Below are positions 20,639 to 30,331 of a DNA stretch of 64,000 bases, one piece after another; position 1 is the stretch's first letter; each line of letters starts with the position of its first letter. This stretch comes from Candidatus Altimarinota bacterium. Its GTDB lineage: Bacteria; Patescibacteriota; Gracilibacteria; CAIRYL01; GCA-016699755. The notes below the pieces were generated by a model, which did no database searches, was not told where the DNA came from, and worked only from the letters and a program-made list of their open reading frames with translations. The translations under genes and the position numbers were made by a program. The DNA is taken from the NCBI GenBank assembly GCA_963664295.1, contig OY760935.1, positions 448,001 through 512,000 of the forward strand. The letters are read 5' to 3'.

Positions 20639-21096
20639 TGAGCATAAAACACACCCTTTCTGTCATTATGAGCGTAATGAAACGGAGCGAAGAATCTCCT
20701 TGTCCATTTGCTCAAGCCCTATCTTGTCATTGCGGACTTTTTGGGTTGTCATTGCGGACTTGATCCGCAATCTCCTTGTCCATGTGCTCAAGCCCTATCT
20801 TGTCATTGCGGACTTTTTGGGTTGTCATTGCGGACTTGATCCGCAATCTCCTTGTCCATGTGCTCAAGCCCTATCTTGTCATTGCGGACTTTTTGGGTTG
20901 TCATTGCGGACTTGATCCGCAATCTCCTTGTCCATGTGCTCAAGTCCTATCTTGTCATTGCGGACTTTTTGGGTTGTCATTGCGGGCTACGACCCGCAAT
21001 CTCCTTGTCCATGTGCTCAAGTCCTGCCTTGGGCAATTCAACAGTAATGACAACGGGAGATCCTTCGCTTCGCCTAAAGGCTCGCTCAGGATGACA
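20639..21096. repeat. REP-like element with an internal 76-bp tandem repeat (4 copies plus a partial)
   Basis: Unit starts at 20700, 20776, 20852, 20928 and 21004 (partial); each carries the hairpin TTGCGGA-CTTGA-TCCGCAA; outer inverted ends TGTCATTATGAGCG / CGCTCAGGATGACA. Confidence 0.92.
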
Positions 21097-21255
21097 AAGT
21101 AAGGAGAGCTCAAAATGACAAAAAAGCACTTAAGATAAAAAAATAACCTGCTTCGTCGCCCACCTAAGCAAATCCCTTGCAATAACAAAAAACACAAAAA
21201 ATAAAAACAATTAAAAAAAATTCATTGCCCTAGATAAAGCCAAATACTCAACACT

Positions 21256-21296
21256 AAAAATGTATTACTGTACCAGTACACTAATACAGTAATACA
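21256..21296 (-). terminator. Putative intrinsic terminator
   Basis: 12-bp inverted repeat TGTATTACTGTA/TACAGTAATACA followed by a T-run on the minus strand, just after the PP2C gene. Confidence 0.55.
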
Positions 21297-21310
21297 AAAA
21301 TAAAATTAAT

Positions 21311-22885
21311 TTACAAAAATTTAACAACCATCAAAGTAATATCATCTTCCTGAGGATAATTACCCATATACTTTCTTACTTCCTCTAAAATTGCATCATG
21401 AACTTCTTGAGCATTCTCTTTTTTTCCATGCTTTTTAATTATCTCTTTAAAATAATCCATACCTAATTGAGTTTCTGGCGCACTATATGCCTCTGGAATA
21501 CCATCAGAATATAAAAACATCATATCTCCGCTCTGATAATCAACTTTTACTGCCTCGGTTTTGCTAGATATATCCGGCAACATGCCCATAGCAAGACCAC
21601 CAGAGGCAAGAGTTTCAATTTCTCCTGTTTCTGCTTTTAATAAAAGTATTTGATCATGTCCACATTGAACAAAGTTCATTATTTTTTCCTGCATATTCCA
21701 ATGGCAAGCAACACAAGTTAAAAATGTTGTTGGCCCTGTCTTTTCTGCCAATATTAAGTTTGTATCATCTACTATTTTCTTTGGGTCTGTGCTATCGAGA
21801 GTAGCCGCATAAAAACCTGAATTTGCCAAAGCAACGAGCAAGCTAGCGCCAACTCCATGCCCTGTTGCATCTCCCACATAGAAAAATTGATTGTCGTCTG
21901 TGAGTTTTTGAAAGTCATAACAATCTCCGCCTACTTCTGAGGCTGGTGAAGTAGATACTGCTATGTCTAATCCTTCTATTTTTGGTGCTTTTGTTGGCAA
22001 AATCCCCTCTTGAATTTTTCTAGCTATTTCTAGTTCTTTTGACACTCTTTCGTGTTCTATTTTTATTTCTATGCTTTTTTCAAGATCAATTGCCATTTGA
22101 TTAAATGTATCTGCCAATAATCTTGTCTCATCATTGGTTTTTACATCAACTCGCACTGTAAGGTCACCAGTGGCTATTTGCTTTGCTCCTTTTGTTAAGC
22201 TCATTATTGGATTTACCAATTTTCGAGCAAAAACAAAAGCAATCAAAAGACCCACAATTGCAATCACCAATAATACAAGCAATATTGTGCGTACTGCTGA
22301 CAATATGCGTTCTTCTAAAAATTTATAAGATACTGAATAAACAATTCTGGTTTGATTATCTCCACTTGGATAAACTATTTCACGCACTATTTCGTCATTT
22401 TGAACTACTGGAACCTCTTTTTCATTTGCATCTACATAAATATTTTCTCCATTATCTCCTTCTTTTACATAAATCACTCTTTTGTCTGTAATTATTGCTG
22501 GTTTTATATCTTGAATTGTTTTTTCTAATCGCTCTTCTACTTCTCCCTGCCCTTGCTCACCTATTGGCAAAGAAGAATCAAAAACAACTTCACCAGAAAA
22601 TTTTGCTATTTGAATACGACTTATGTCTTCATTAAGAGAAAAAATATGATTTAATTCTCTGTCAAAAAATAAATAACTTTCTGATTTAAAATAAAGCTCA
22701 TAAGCATCTTGCAATGGCTCTGTTGCTAATTCTGCAAAATGCACACCATTTTTCCAAATATCTTGTTTTATATCTTTACTTTTTTGGTTTATAAGAAAAT
22801 ATCCACTAACAGCAATACTAAGAACTAATAATATTGATATTAATAATGGTAATTTATGTTTAATTGAGAAAAAAAATCTTTTCAT
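21311..22885 (-). CDS. Membrane HAMP-domain SpoIIE/RsbU-type PP2C phosphatase
   Basis: TM-extracellular-TM-HAMP; ELEIARKIQ, EVGGDCYD, GDATGHG, LYSDGIPE, QEDDITL. Confidence 0.93.
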   Translation of the reverse strand: MKRFFFSIKHKLPLLISILLVLSIAVSGYFLINQKSKDIKQDIWKNGVHFAELATEPLQDAYELYFKSESYLFFDRELNHIFSLNEDISRIQIAKFSGEVVFDSSLPIGEQGQGEVEERLEKTIQDIKPAIITDKRVIYVKEGDNGENIYVDANEKEVPVVQNDEIVREIVYPSGDNQTRIVYSVSYKFLEERILSAVRTILLVLLVIAIVGLLIAFVFARKLVNPIMSLTKGAKQIATGDLTVRVDVKTNDETRLLADTFNQMAIDLEKSIEIKIEHERVSKELEIARKIQEGILPTKAPKIEGLDIAVSTSPASEVGGDCYDFQKLTDDNQFFYVGDATGHGVGASLLVALANSGFYAATLDSTDPKKIVDDTNLILAEKTGPTTFLTCVACHWNMQEKIMNFVQCGHDQILLLKAETGEIETLASGGLAMGMLPDISSKTEAVKVDYQSGDMMFLYSDGIPEAYSAPETQLGMDYFKEIIKKHGKKENAQEVHDAILEEVRKYMGNYPQEDDITLMVVKFL

Positions 22886-22891
22886 GGTTTA

Positions 22892-24388
22892 TTAAAAATG
22901 AATTATGCCATCAGAGCGAATAGAAATATTATATTCTGACGGAAGATAGGCAAGAAGATTGTCTATTGCAAAAAGCGGTAAACCAATCATGTCTTTTGTT
23001 ATAATGATTTCCATGGCTTCCTGAAGAGCTTTTAAGCGCTTTTCCTCGTCAACCTCAAATAAGCTTTTTTTAATATATTTATCAAGCTCCTCATTACTAT
23101 ATTCAAGTAAATTTAATTCACTACTTGAAAAAACAAAATCTCTTAAAAAATCATCTGTACTTCCTTTTGAGAAATCCCAACCAATTAAATAAAAATCTGC
23201 TGTTTTTTCTTTCATACTTTGCACCAATTCCTGCTCTGAAATTGTATTTATGTTTATTCTAATATCTAATTGTTCAAATTGTTCTTTTAAAAATTGTCCC
23301 AAAACCAAGTTTTGTCCTGTTAAATTTAATTCAAAAATTCTTTCTTCTTGAATTTCTATTATTTCTTTTGCTTTTTGCAAATTATATACTGGCAATTCTA
23401 TGTCTGGTTTATAGCCAAAAATACCACTTCCTGCAAATTGGCTTGTTAATTTTATTCCTTTAATTAATTCTTTTATTTTTTCTCTATTTATAGCGATATT
23501 TAATGCTTGTTGATTATTTTTATTTTGTAAAAATTCTGTTTCTGGATTAAATAATAAAAATACTGACTTTATGCCCGGACTTTCTATTATTTTTACACTT
23601 GAGTTGTTTTTTATTTGTTCTATAAAAATTGGTGGAACATCAGCAAGTACCTGTGTTTCTCCACCTAATATTTGACCTAATCTAGCATATTTATTTTCTT
23701 TTTTTTGTAATATTAAATTTTTTGGATAATTTTCTGGATTTTTCCAGTATTGTTCATTTCTTTGAAAATTTACCTTTTTTTCATCTATTTCTTTTAATTT
23801 AAAAGGACCTGTTCCTATATATTCCGAAACTTTTCCTTCTCTTACTTGCTCTTCTGGGGTTATGTAGATATTTGTTAACTCAGAAAGCAAAGTTGGCATT
23901 GGGTCTGCTGTGTTTATTTTGATTGTAAATTCATCTACTTTTTCGATTGATTCAATATTTAAAAGAAAATCTTTAAAAAGAGAATTTGAATTTGACCTTG
24001 CTCTTTCTAAGGTAGCAATTACATCATCTGCATTAAACTCACTGCCATCGTGAAAAACCACTTCTTTTCTAAGATTAAACTGCCATTCTGTTTCTGAAAT
24101 CATGCCCCAAGAAACTGCCAAGGCAGGTTTTATGGCAAAATGATCATCAAAATCCACCAAAGACTCATAAGTAAAAGCTAATTCTCTTTTTCCATAAAAA
24201 TCATAAGCAATTGGGTCTATGTCATCTGATAAATTGTTTACTGTAATAGTAAATTGTTCTTGTTCTGGTGCACTTGAGTGAATTGGACTCTCGTTTAATT
24301 TTTTTATTTGATCTGCATTGTAATAAGCAAAAACTCCTACTGCTAATAAAAAATGTACGCCGATGATTGCTATAAATTTTTTAATCAT
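22892..24388 (-). CDS. ABC-type solute-binding protein, family 5 (peptide/nickel)
   Basis: YESLV, PALAVSW, FNLRKEVVFHDGSEFNADDV, IGTGPFKL. Confidence 0.9.
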   Translation of the reverse strand: MIKKFIAIIGVHFLLAVGVFAYYNADQIKKLNESPIHSSAPEQEQFTITVNNLSDDIDPIAYDFYGKRELAFTYESLVDFDDHFAIKPALAVSWGMISETEWQFNLRKEVVFHDGSEFNADDVIATLERARSNSNSLFKDFLLNIESIEKVDEFTIKINTADPMPTLLSELTNIYITPEEQVREGKVSEYIGTGPFKLKEIDEKKVNFQRNEQYWKNPENYPKNLILQKKENKYARLGQILGGETQVLADVPPIFIEQIKNNSSVKIIESPGIKSVFLLFNPETEFLQNKNNQQALNIAINREKIKELIKGIKLTSQFAGSGIFGYKPDIELPVYNLQKAKEIIEIQEERIFELNLTGQNLVLGQFLKEQFEQLDIRININTISEQELVQSMKEKTADFYLIGWDFSKGSTDDFLRDFVFSSSELNLLEYSNEELDKYIKKSLFEVDEEKRLKALQEAMEIIITKDMIGLPLFAIDNLLAYLPSEYNISIRSDGIIHF

Positions 24389-27300
24389 TTTTTGTTTTTA
24401 TATTTGTTTCTTGTTTTGTTGCTTTATTTTCTTGTCTTCTGCGAATAAAATAAAAAGATGAGATAATAAAGCTAATCAATATCAATAAGTAAAAAAACAT
24501 TTCTAAGCTACCTTCTTCTACGAATATGTATTTATCGTCAATTTTAAAAGGAATTGTTAGTGTTTCACTTTTGATATTATCTGGTGTTATTGCGTATAAA
24601 ATTACTTTATGCTCTCCTGGCTCTAATTTTCGCGGAGAAATAAGCTCAAAATCACCAGCAGGACTATCTGCAATTACTGACGCAGAGGTTAAAATACTTT
24701 GAAAAGTTCCGTGCACTGTTGATCCATAATAAGTATTGCCACGAACAATCACATTGCCGTCTTTTATGATAATTTCTTTTACTGTTAGTGGCACAAATTT
24801 GCCCACTTGATCTGCTTCAAGATAATTATCATTTATTGCTAATACTTGCGGAGAAGGCAGTGCAAAGTCATCGGCCACTATAATTTTTACCGGCCTACTT
24901 TCTTTAATCACATTTCTTGTTTCCACATCTACTGCTGTAGCATGTAGTGTGTATTTGCCTTCTAGTAATTCTACTTCGGAAGGTAAAATATATTTTCCTT
25001 CTGCATCTACTAAAGCAGAACCAAGACGAATAGTTTTGTTATTTTCATCTATTGCCACTATTTCCATCATTTGATTGGCTGGTCCAGCGCCTTTCACAAA
25101 AATACTGCTTTCACCTGTTTTATCGTTGTCGCGCCAATTAGCAATAGTTGCTAATAATTCACCTTGATCTGGCACAAGTGGGTCTGTTCCTAGTTCTAAA
25201 ACCTCTTCACCATCTGTAGCTCCATCGCCATCTGTATCTTTATTGTTTGGATCTGTGCCATATTGAGCTTCTAATCCATCACTAAGACCATCTTGATCAC
25301 TATCTTTAATTCCACTACTTGTTAAGTTATTTAATGCATCTGGCAATACACTTTCGTCCTCAGGCACTATTACTAATTGGTATTGTGTCTCTTCTGGCGT
25401 GTAAATTGCTTCCTCTTCTTCCTCAGGAATAATAGTCACTTCTATCTCCGAAGGGGCACCAAGCAAACATTGCACCAAAAAATTAAGTCCATCAGAAGAA
25501 TTATTTGCATCTAGATTGTGTGATTCTTCCCAGTAATCAGGCATGCCATCATTATCACTATCTATTAGTTTACAATCTTTAAACTCAAGAAATTTATCTG
25601 CAATTATTGCAAATTCACCTCTGTTTATTTTTTCTTCTGGATAAACATTGCCATCTTTATCTGAAATCAAACCTAAGTTGTAGGCTGTGTAAACTTCTTC
25701 TTTATACCAAGCTCCTTCTGGTACGTCTTTTAATGGCTTACTTGCTTGTTCATCAAGCTTCATACCACTTTGACGCAATAAAATTGCTACTGCTTGTGCA
25801 CGAGTAATGTTTTCGTCTGGTCTAAAATATCCATCACCAAAACCCTGCACCACGCCCAAAGCTTTTGATTTTATGATACAAAAATAATACCAAGAATTCG
25901 GCGAAACATCTGGAAATGGCTGTACATTACTATATTTTGCTTTTTCTTCTGCTGTTGGATTAGCACAATTCAAACAATTTGTTGCTCCCATGGCAATTTT
26001 TACATACTCAGATCTGGTTATTTTATCTTCTGGTCTAAATTCTTCCGAAGACATTATTAATCTGCGATCATAAAGACTATAAACTGCCTCATATATAGGA
26101 GTATTTTCTTCTAAATCAGAGAAAAATTCCTCTTGATCTTGATATTGGCTGTATTCAAAAATACTGTCTAGTTTTTCAAGAGTTGTTTGCACTCTTGTAG
26201 CAGAAACTTGCACTCCTTCCTGACCATAATATTCAAGTTCAGCAATAATTTCCCCTATTTGTGCTTGAATTTCTTGATCATAACCTTCCTCATCAGGAAC
26301 ATAGCTCATTAATTTGTCTATGGTTTCTTGGGAAATATACCCTTCTAAACAAGAAAAATTTGAACTTCCTGTTAGATCGCTAGGACTTGCTGGACTTGAT
26401 GGTATTGTTGGAGAAAATGAAGAATCTGGCGAGCTTTCTGCTTCTTCAGACCCCTCTTCTCCTGACTCTTCCGGTTCTTCTTCACCTGATTCTTCAGGTT
26501 CTTCTTCGCCTGGCTCTTCCGGCTCTTCTTCGCCTGGTTCTTCAGGTTCTTCTGGAAGAGGCTCTTGTGCCTCTGCATCTGGCACTATATCAACAAAATA
26601 AGAATAATTACGCTCACAATTTTGCCTATTGTTAGCACTTAAAGTAATTCTTACTGTCCCTTCTTCTGTGATTGAATTTTGTAAACTGCCTTCAGCTTGC
26701 ACATCTCCATTACTTAGTTCTGTAAAAGTTAAATTTATTACTTCACTATCAACAACAGCAGTAATTGAGCTGTTTATTAAATCACTACCTCCACCAGATA
26801 TAGAAAATTGAACATAATTTAATGAACTTATTTCTGCATTATTTTCAGGATTTAAACTATAAAATTGTGGTCTTAAACTTGGAGTACAAGTCACTGGCTC
26901 TGGTGGCTCTGGTGGCTCATCTGACCCAGGGTCATAACCACCTCCTCCACCTCCACCATCATCTGGATCTTCTGGAGGTGCTGTTCCACATGCAATCACA
27001 GTATGATTTTCTAGTTTGCAACTTTCACAATCTTCTCGACTTTCATTACCACCTTCGTCAAAGGCACGAACTAAAAAATCCCAACTTTCACCAACTTGCG
27101 GTGTTGTTAAATTGGCATTGGGTGCTGTTGGCACATTAACTGTTGTTAATAATACATAACTTGCTTCTGAGCTTTTTTTGCCATAAATATGGTAACCTGC
27201 AAGTCCGCCACTCAAAATATGCAGACTGTCCTCCCAGCTAAGCTCCAAGCCAGCTGTATCTCTACAGCCGGCACTAGTGTTAGTGGGAGGAGCAATCTGT

Positions 27301-27428
27301 ACATATACTTGTATATCAACATCTTCGCTCACGTCCGCAAGGACGATATTATTTGTTGCAATTATGGTTATTAAAGCCAATATTGCTAATAATTTTTTGC
27401 CAACAATGTTAAATAATCTGTTTTTCAC
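24381..27428 (-). CDS. SLH-domain surface protein with Fn3-like, DxDxDG, Ig-like domains and a C-terminal TM anchor
   Basis: Signal peptide; FPDVSPNSWYY, GFGDGYFRPDENITRAQ (SLH); DSDNDGMPD, DTDGDGATDG; C-terminal hydrophobic helix plus RRR. Confidence 0.85.
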   Translation of the reverse strand: MKNRLFNIVGKKLLAILALITIIATNNIVLADVSEDVDIQVYVQIAPPTNTSAGCRDTAGLELSWEDSLHILSGGLAGYHIYGKKSSEASYVLLTTVNVPTAPNANLTTPQVGESWDFLVRAFDEGGNESREDCESCKLENHTVIACGTAPPEDPDDGGGGGGGYDPGSDEPPEPPEPVTCTPSLRPQFYSLNPENNAEISSLNYVQFSISGGGSDLINSSITAVVDSEVINLTFTELSNGDVQAEGSLQNSITEEGTVRITLSANNRQNCERNYSYFVDIVPDAEAQEPLPEEPEEPGEEEPEEPGEEEPEESGEEEPEESGEEGSEEAESSPDSSFSPTIPSSPASPSDLTGSSNFSCLEGYISQETIDKLMSYVPDEEGYDQEIQAQIGEIIAELEYYGQEGVQVSATRVQTTLEKLDSIFEYSQYQDQEEFFSDLEENTPIYEAVYSLYDRRLIMSSEEFRPEDKITRSEYVKIAMGATNCLNCANPTAEEKAKYSNVQPFPDVSPNSWYYFCIIKSKALGVVQGFGDGYFRPDENITRAQAVAILLRQSGMKLDEQASKPLKDVPEGAWYKEEVYTAYNLGLISDKDGNVYPEEKINRGEFAIIADKFLEFKDCKLIDSDNDGMPDYWEESHNLDANNSSDGLNFLVQCLLGAPSEIEVTIIPEEEEEAIYTPEETQYQLVIVPEDESVLPDALNNLTSSGIKDSDQDGLSDGLEAQYGTDPNNKDTDGDGATDGEEVLELGTDPLVPDQGELLATIANWRDNDKTGESSIFVKGAGPANQMMEIVAIDENNKTIRLGSALVDAEGKYILPSEVELLEGKYTLHATAVDVETRNVIKESRPVKIIVADDFALPSPQVLAINDNYLEADQVGKFVPLTVKEIIIKDGNVIVRGNTYYGSTVHGTFQSILTSASVIADSPAGDFELISPRKLEPGEHKVILYAITPDNIKSETLTIPFKIDDKYIFVEEGSLEMFFYLLILISFIISSFYFIRRRQENKATKQETNIKTKND
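26440..26560 (-). repeat. Coding tandem repeat (EEPEEPG/E linker)
   Basis: PEEPEEPGEEEPEEPGEEEPEESGEEEPEESGEE in the translation, roughly a 24-bp period. Confidence 0.8.
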
Positions 27429-27483
27429 TTTAAATTTTTTTATTTTTATTTTTTGTTTTTTGCTTATTTCAGTTTAGATCAGT

Positions 27484-28782
27484 TTATTTTTTTGATCTAC
27501 CTGCGTAATAAACAACAACCAAAAGAATTAATACAGCAAGACCTGCTACTGCCATACCTTTTGGAGTTTGTAGGAAACTTTTTGCTGTACCAGCAGCTTC
27601 AGCACCTGTGAAAGTTGCTTCACTTGTTAGCTCTTCGCCAGTAAGACCGTATTTTAAAGCTAATTTAGCTGTGTATTCACCTTCTGGAACTTCTTTACCT
27701 TCTAACCAGTCTATTTTTACTGTTTCAGATGAACCAGGAACAACATATTCCATATCTTCTGGTAAATCAATTTTTACAACAGGAGCATTGTATTCATTGA
27801 ATACCTCAATTGCTCCAACTGGTTTTTCGTATACCTTACCGCTATTTTTAAATTCAATAGCAAAATAAGCTGAACCATTTTCTGTCATCAATTTAAAACT
27901 TTCAACTGAAAGATCAGAACTTGTATCAAAATCTAATTCGCTTGTAAGCATGTCTTCTTCATTACCATAAGCAAGATTTAGCTTAGCTGTGTATTTGCCT
28001 TCAGCAATATTTTCTGACCATGTAGGACGGAAAACTCTAGCACTGCCAGGCAAAACATTACCACCGTTGATATTAACAGGAATTTCATCAGCAACTACTT
28101 CTTTTCCTGTTTCAGGGTCTTTATAGCGAGCAACTTCTTCTAATTTTTCGCCACTCTCGTTATAAAGAGCAATTTCACCAACTGGTTTTGAGTGAATATT
28201 ACCTGTGTTTTTAAAATTAACAGCAAGTGTCACAGCTTGATCACTGTAAAGTTTGTCTTCATAAAGACTAAACTCATCTAATTCACCTGTTAAAATTTCT
28301 TCACCAGTCACCTGAATAAGGATCAAGCTAGCAACTCTGCTACGAACCTGAACACCTTCAGTGTCTTCTACAACTGGTTCATATAAAATTGAAGCATATC
28401 TACCACCTGGTTCAGCACCTTCTGGAACTGTCACTGTAAAAGTGGTTTCTTTTTCAGAATTTGCCTCAAGAGTAATCTCTTCTTCGCCAAATTGAATCCA
28501 TTTTTCAATGTTACGAGGATCATTTTCTTCTAAATCAATGTTTTCTGGATAACCATCAAGATCATTTGCCACATAAACATCAATTTCTGGCTTAACAGTC
28601 ACTTGTTTGTTTTCACTGTTAATAACTTTGATTGTAGCTGTTGCAGAAGAGCCTGGATCAATAGTCAGCTCTGTTCTGAGGGGCTTAACGCCAACAGCAA
28701 GGGCGCTTGAAGCATAAAGTAGAAACGATAATGCTCCCAAAACCAACAATTTGGTCAGTTTTTGTGTGTTAATGTAAGTCAT
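27484..28782 (-). CDS. DUF916/WxL-interacting or PapD-like chaperone-fold protein with a C-terminal TM anchor
   Basis: Signal peptide; GVKPLRTELTIDPG...IKVIN, FTVTVPEGAEPGGRYASI, duplicated FKNTGN/FKNSGK..G.YTAKL.L.YG Ig domains. Confidence 0.7.
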   Translation of the reverse strand: MTYINTQKLTKLLVLGALSFLLYASSALAVGVKPLRTELTIDPGSSATATIKVINSENKQVTVKPEIDVYVANDLDGYPENIDLEENDPRNIEKWIQFGEEEITLEANSEKETTFTVTVPEGAEPGGRYASILYEPVVEDTEGVQVRSRVASLILIQVTGEEILTGELDEFSLYEDKLYSDQAVTLAVNFKNTGNIHSKPVGEIALYNESGEKLEEVARYKDPETGKEVVADEIPVNINGGNVLPGSARVFRPTWSENIAEGKYTAKLNLAYGNEEDMLTSELDFDTSSDLSVESFKLMTENGSAYFAIEFKNSGKVYEKPVGAIEVFNEYNAPVVKIDLPEDMEYVVPGSSETVKIDWLEGKEVPEGEYTAKLALKYGLTGEELTSEATFTGAEAAGTAKSFLQTPKGMAVAGLAVLILLVVVYYAGRSKK

Positions 28783-28855
28783 TTTTTGTATATAAAAAAT
28801 TTTTTAAAATTCTGTCATTTTTTTGCTGTTTAAGCAAGTTTTTTTAATATAAAAA

Positions 28856-30316
28856 TTAAAAAGTAGGTAAAGCAGTATAATAAATAATACCTGAGTAAAT
28901 ACCTGCGGGAGTTAAAAAGTTAATATTTAAGCCATAATATATTGTATGTATCTGCATATTTGTATTTGTTGAATAACCTACAGCATCTATGGTCCCATCA
29001 TATAAATCTAACACTTCAGAAGTATTTGAAAAAACAGAAACTGGATTTGCGTCTGCTTGTAATTCTTCTTTTGTCTTATTCACATCATCATTATAAGCAA
29101 TATAACCAAAAACATTCTCATCTACCTCTGGATCACCAGGTAAAATAGTGCTATCTGGACTTTTTAATGTTGCATTATCTTCGCTATCTAAAAGTTGTCC
29201 CAAAATTTTATAACCACCAATTGCATTAGTGCTTACTTCAATTTTAGTACTTTGGGAATAATCCTCACCATTATTAACAGATGGATCAACGCTGATATTT
29301 ACAATATTACTATCAAGGGTCATAATTAAGGCTTCTTGAACTGTGACAACAACATTAACTCTATTGTCTATATTGACATAGCCAATACCAGCGTCTATGA
29401 GAACATCACTAGTATCTCTGGTAAGTGTACTGATAGTATATTGACCTGGTGATGATGGATTTGTGTCTAAAACAGTAGAGTCAAAAGCCAAATTAATCAC
29501 ATCACCCGCATCAATACTAGAATTTAATTCAATATTTAAAACATTATTAAGAAGACTAGCTGAAGTAATATTGCTTTGAATATTGGTTTCATTAACTGTA
29601 AAACTAGTTATATTAGGTATAATATCTGCAATATTGTCCATCACAAAATCAGCAGGAAAATGAACAACAATGTGACTTCCGCTAGGAAAATCTGATCCCA
29701 AAATAATATCAAAGTCCATTTCAACATTCTCTGCTAAAACAGAACTATTGCTTAATTCTAAGTCAGAAAACAAATCCCCTGCTCCAGGCATTATTATTAA
29801 AGAATAAATTGCTGAAAATGTATCACTGTCGTCAGTGTCAGTAATTATAAAATTAAATTCATAATTATCAGCAATATAAGGATTTACATCTATTACCGTA
29901 GAATCACAACTTATTACTAATTCATCACCAACATCAAAAGAACTATTAGCGGTAAAATGCAACTCTTTAGCTGATAAATAAGTACTTACATCATCTTCAA
30001 CTAAACTAGATGGCGTAGTGTTTATCTCAAGGCTACAATGATCCCAAAGATGATTATCGCCTGGGCCGTTAATGTTATCTGACATAAAAAGATCTGGTAT
30101 TGTAATTGCTATTTCTGCTGTGTGACCAGCCTCAGATGCAATTTCAGAGGTGATAGAAAAAACAGCATTACCAGGCGCTTGATTAGCAATATTGTTATCC
30201 AAAACAATGCTTTCGTTTGAAGCAAAAACAAAATCACTCACAAAAAACAAAGAAACCATACAAACAATGGTTGTAAATTTTTTTGCCAATTTTTTATTAA
30301 GCGATTTTATTTTCAT
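28856..30316 (-). CDS. Secreted acidic beta-rich protein with a WxL/pilin-like C-terminal domain
   Basis: Signal peptide; VSTNAIGGY...TPAGIYSGIIYYTALPTF; paralog of the neighbouring gene. Confidence 0.65.
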   Translation of the reverse strand: MKIKSLNKKLAKKFTTIVCMVSLFFVSDFVFASNESIVLDNNIANQAPGNAVFSITSEIASEAGHTAEIAITIPDLFMSDNINGPGDNHLWDHCSLEINTTPSSLVEDDVSTYLSAKELHFTANSSFDVGDELVISCDSTVIDVNPYIADNYEFNFIITDTDDSDTFSAIYSLIIMPGAGDLFSDLELSNSSVLAENVEMDFDIILGSDFPSGSHIVVHFPADFVMDNIADIIPNITSFTVNETNIQSNITSASLLNNVLNIELNSSIDAGDVINLAFDSTVLDTNPSSPGQYTISTLTRDTSDVLIDAGIGYVNIDNRVNVVVTVQEALIMTLDSNIVNISVDPSVNNGEDYSQSTKIEVSTNAIGGYKILGQLLDSEDNATLKSPDSTILPGDPEVDENVFGYIAYNDDVNKTKEELQADANPVSVFSNTSEVLDLYDGTIDAVGYSTNTNMQIHTIYYGLNINFLTPAGIYSGIIYYTALPTF

Positions 30317-30331
30317 TTTTTTATTTTTTGC

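Noticed and set aside
20700-21020. CRISPR array
   Set aside because: The whole 76-bp unit repeats with no unique spacers, and no cas genes are nearby
20700-21197. Short ORFs in several frames over the repeat
   Set aside because: Artefacts of the 76-bp period; the same peptide appears in three frames
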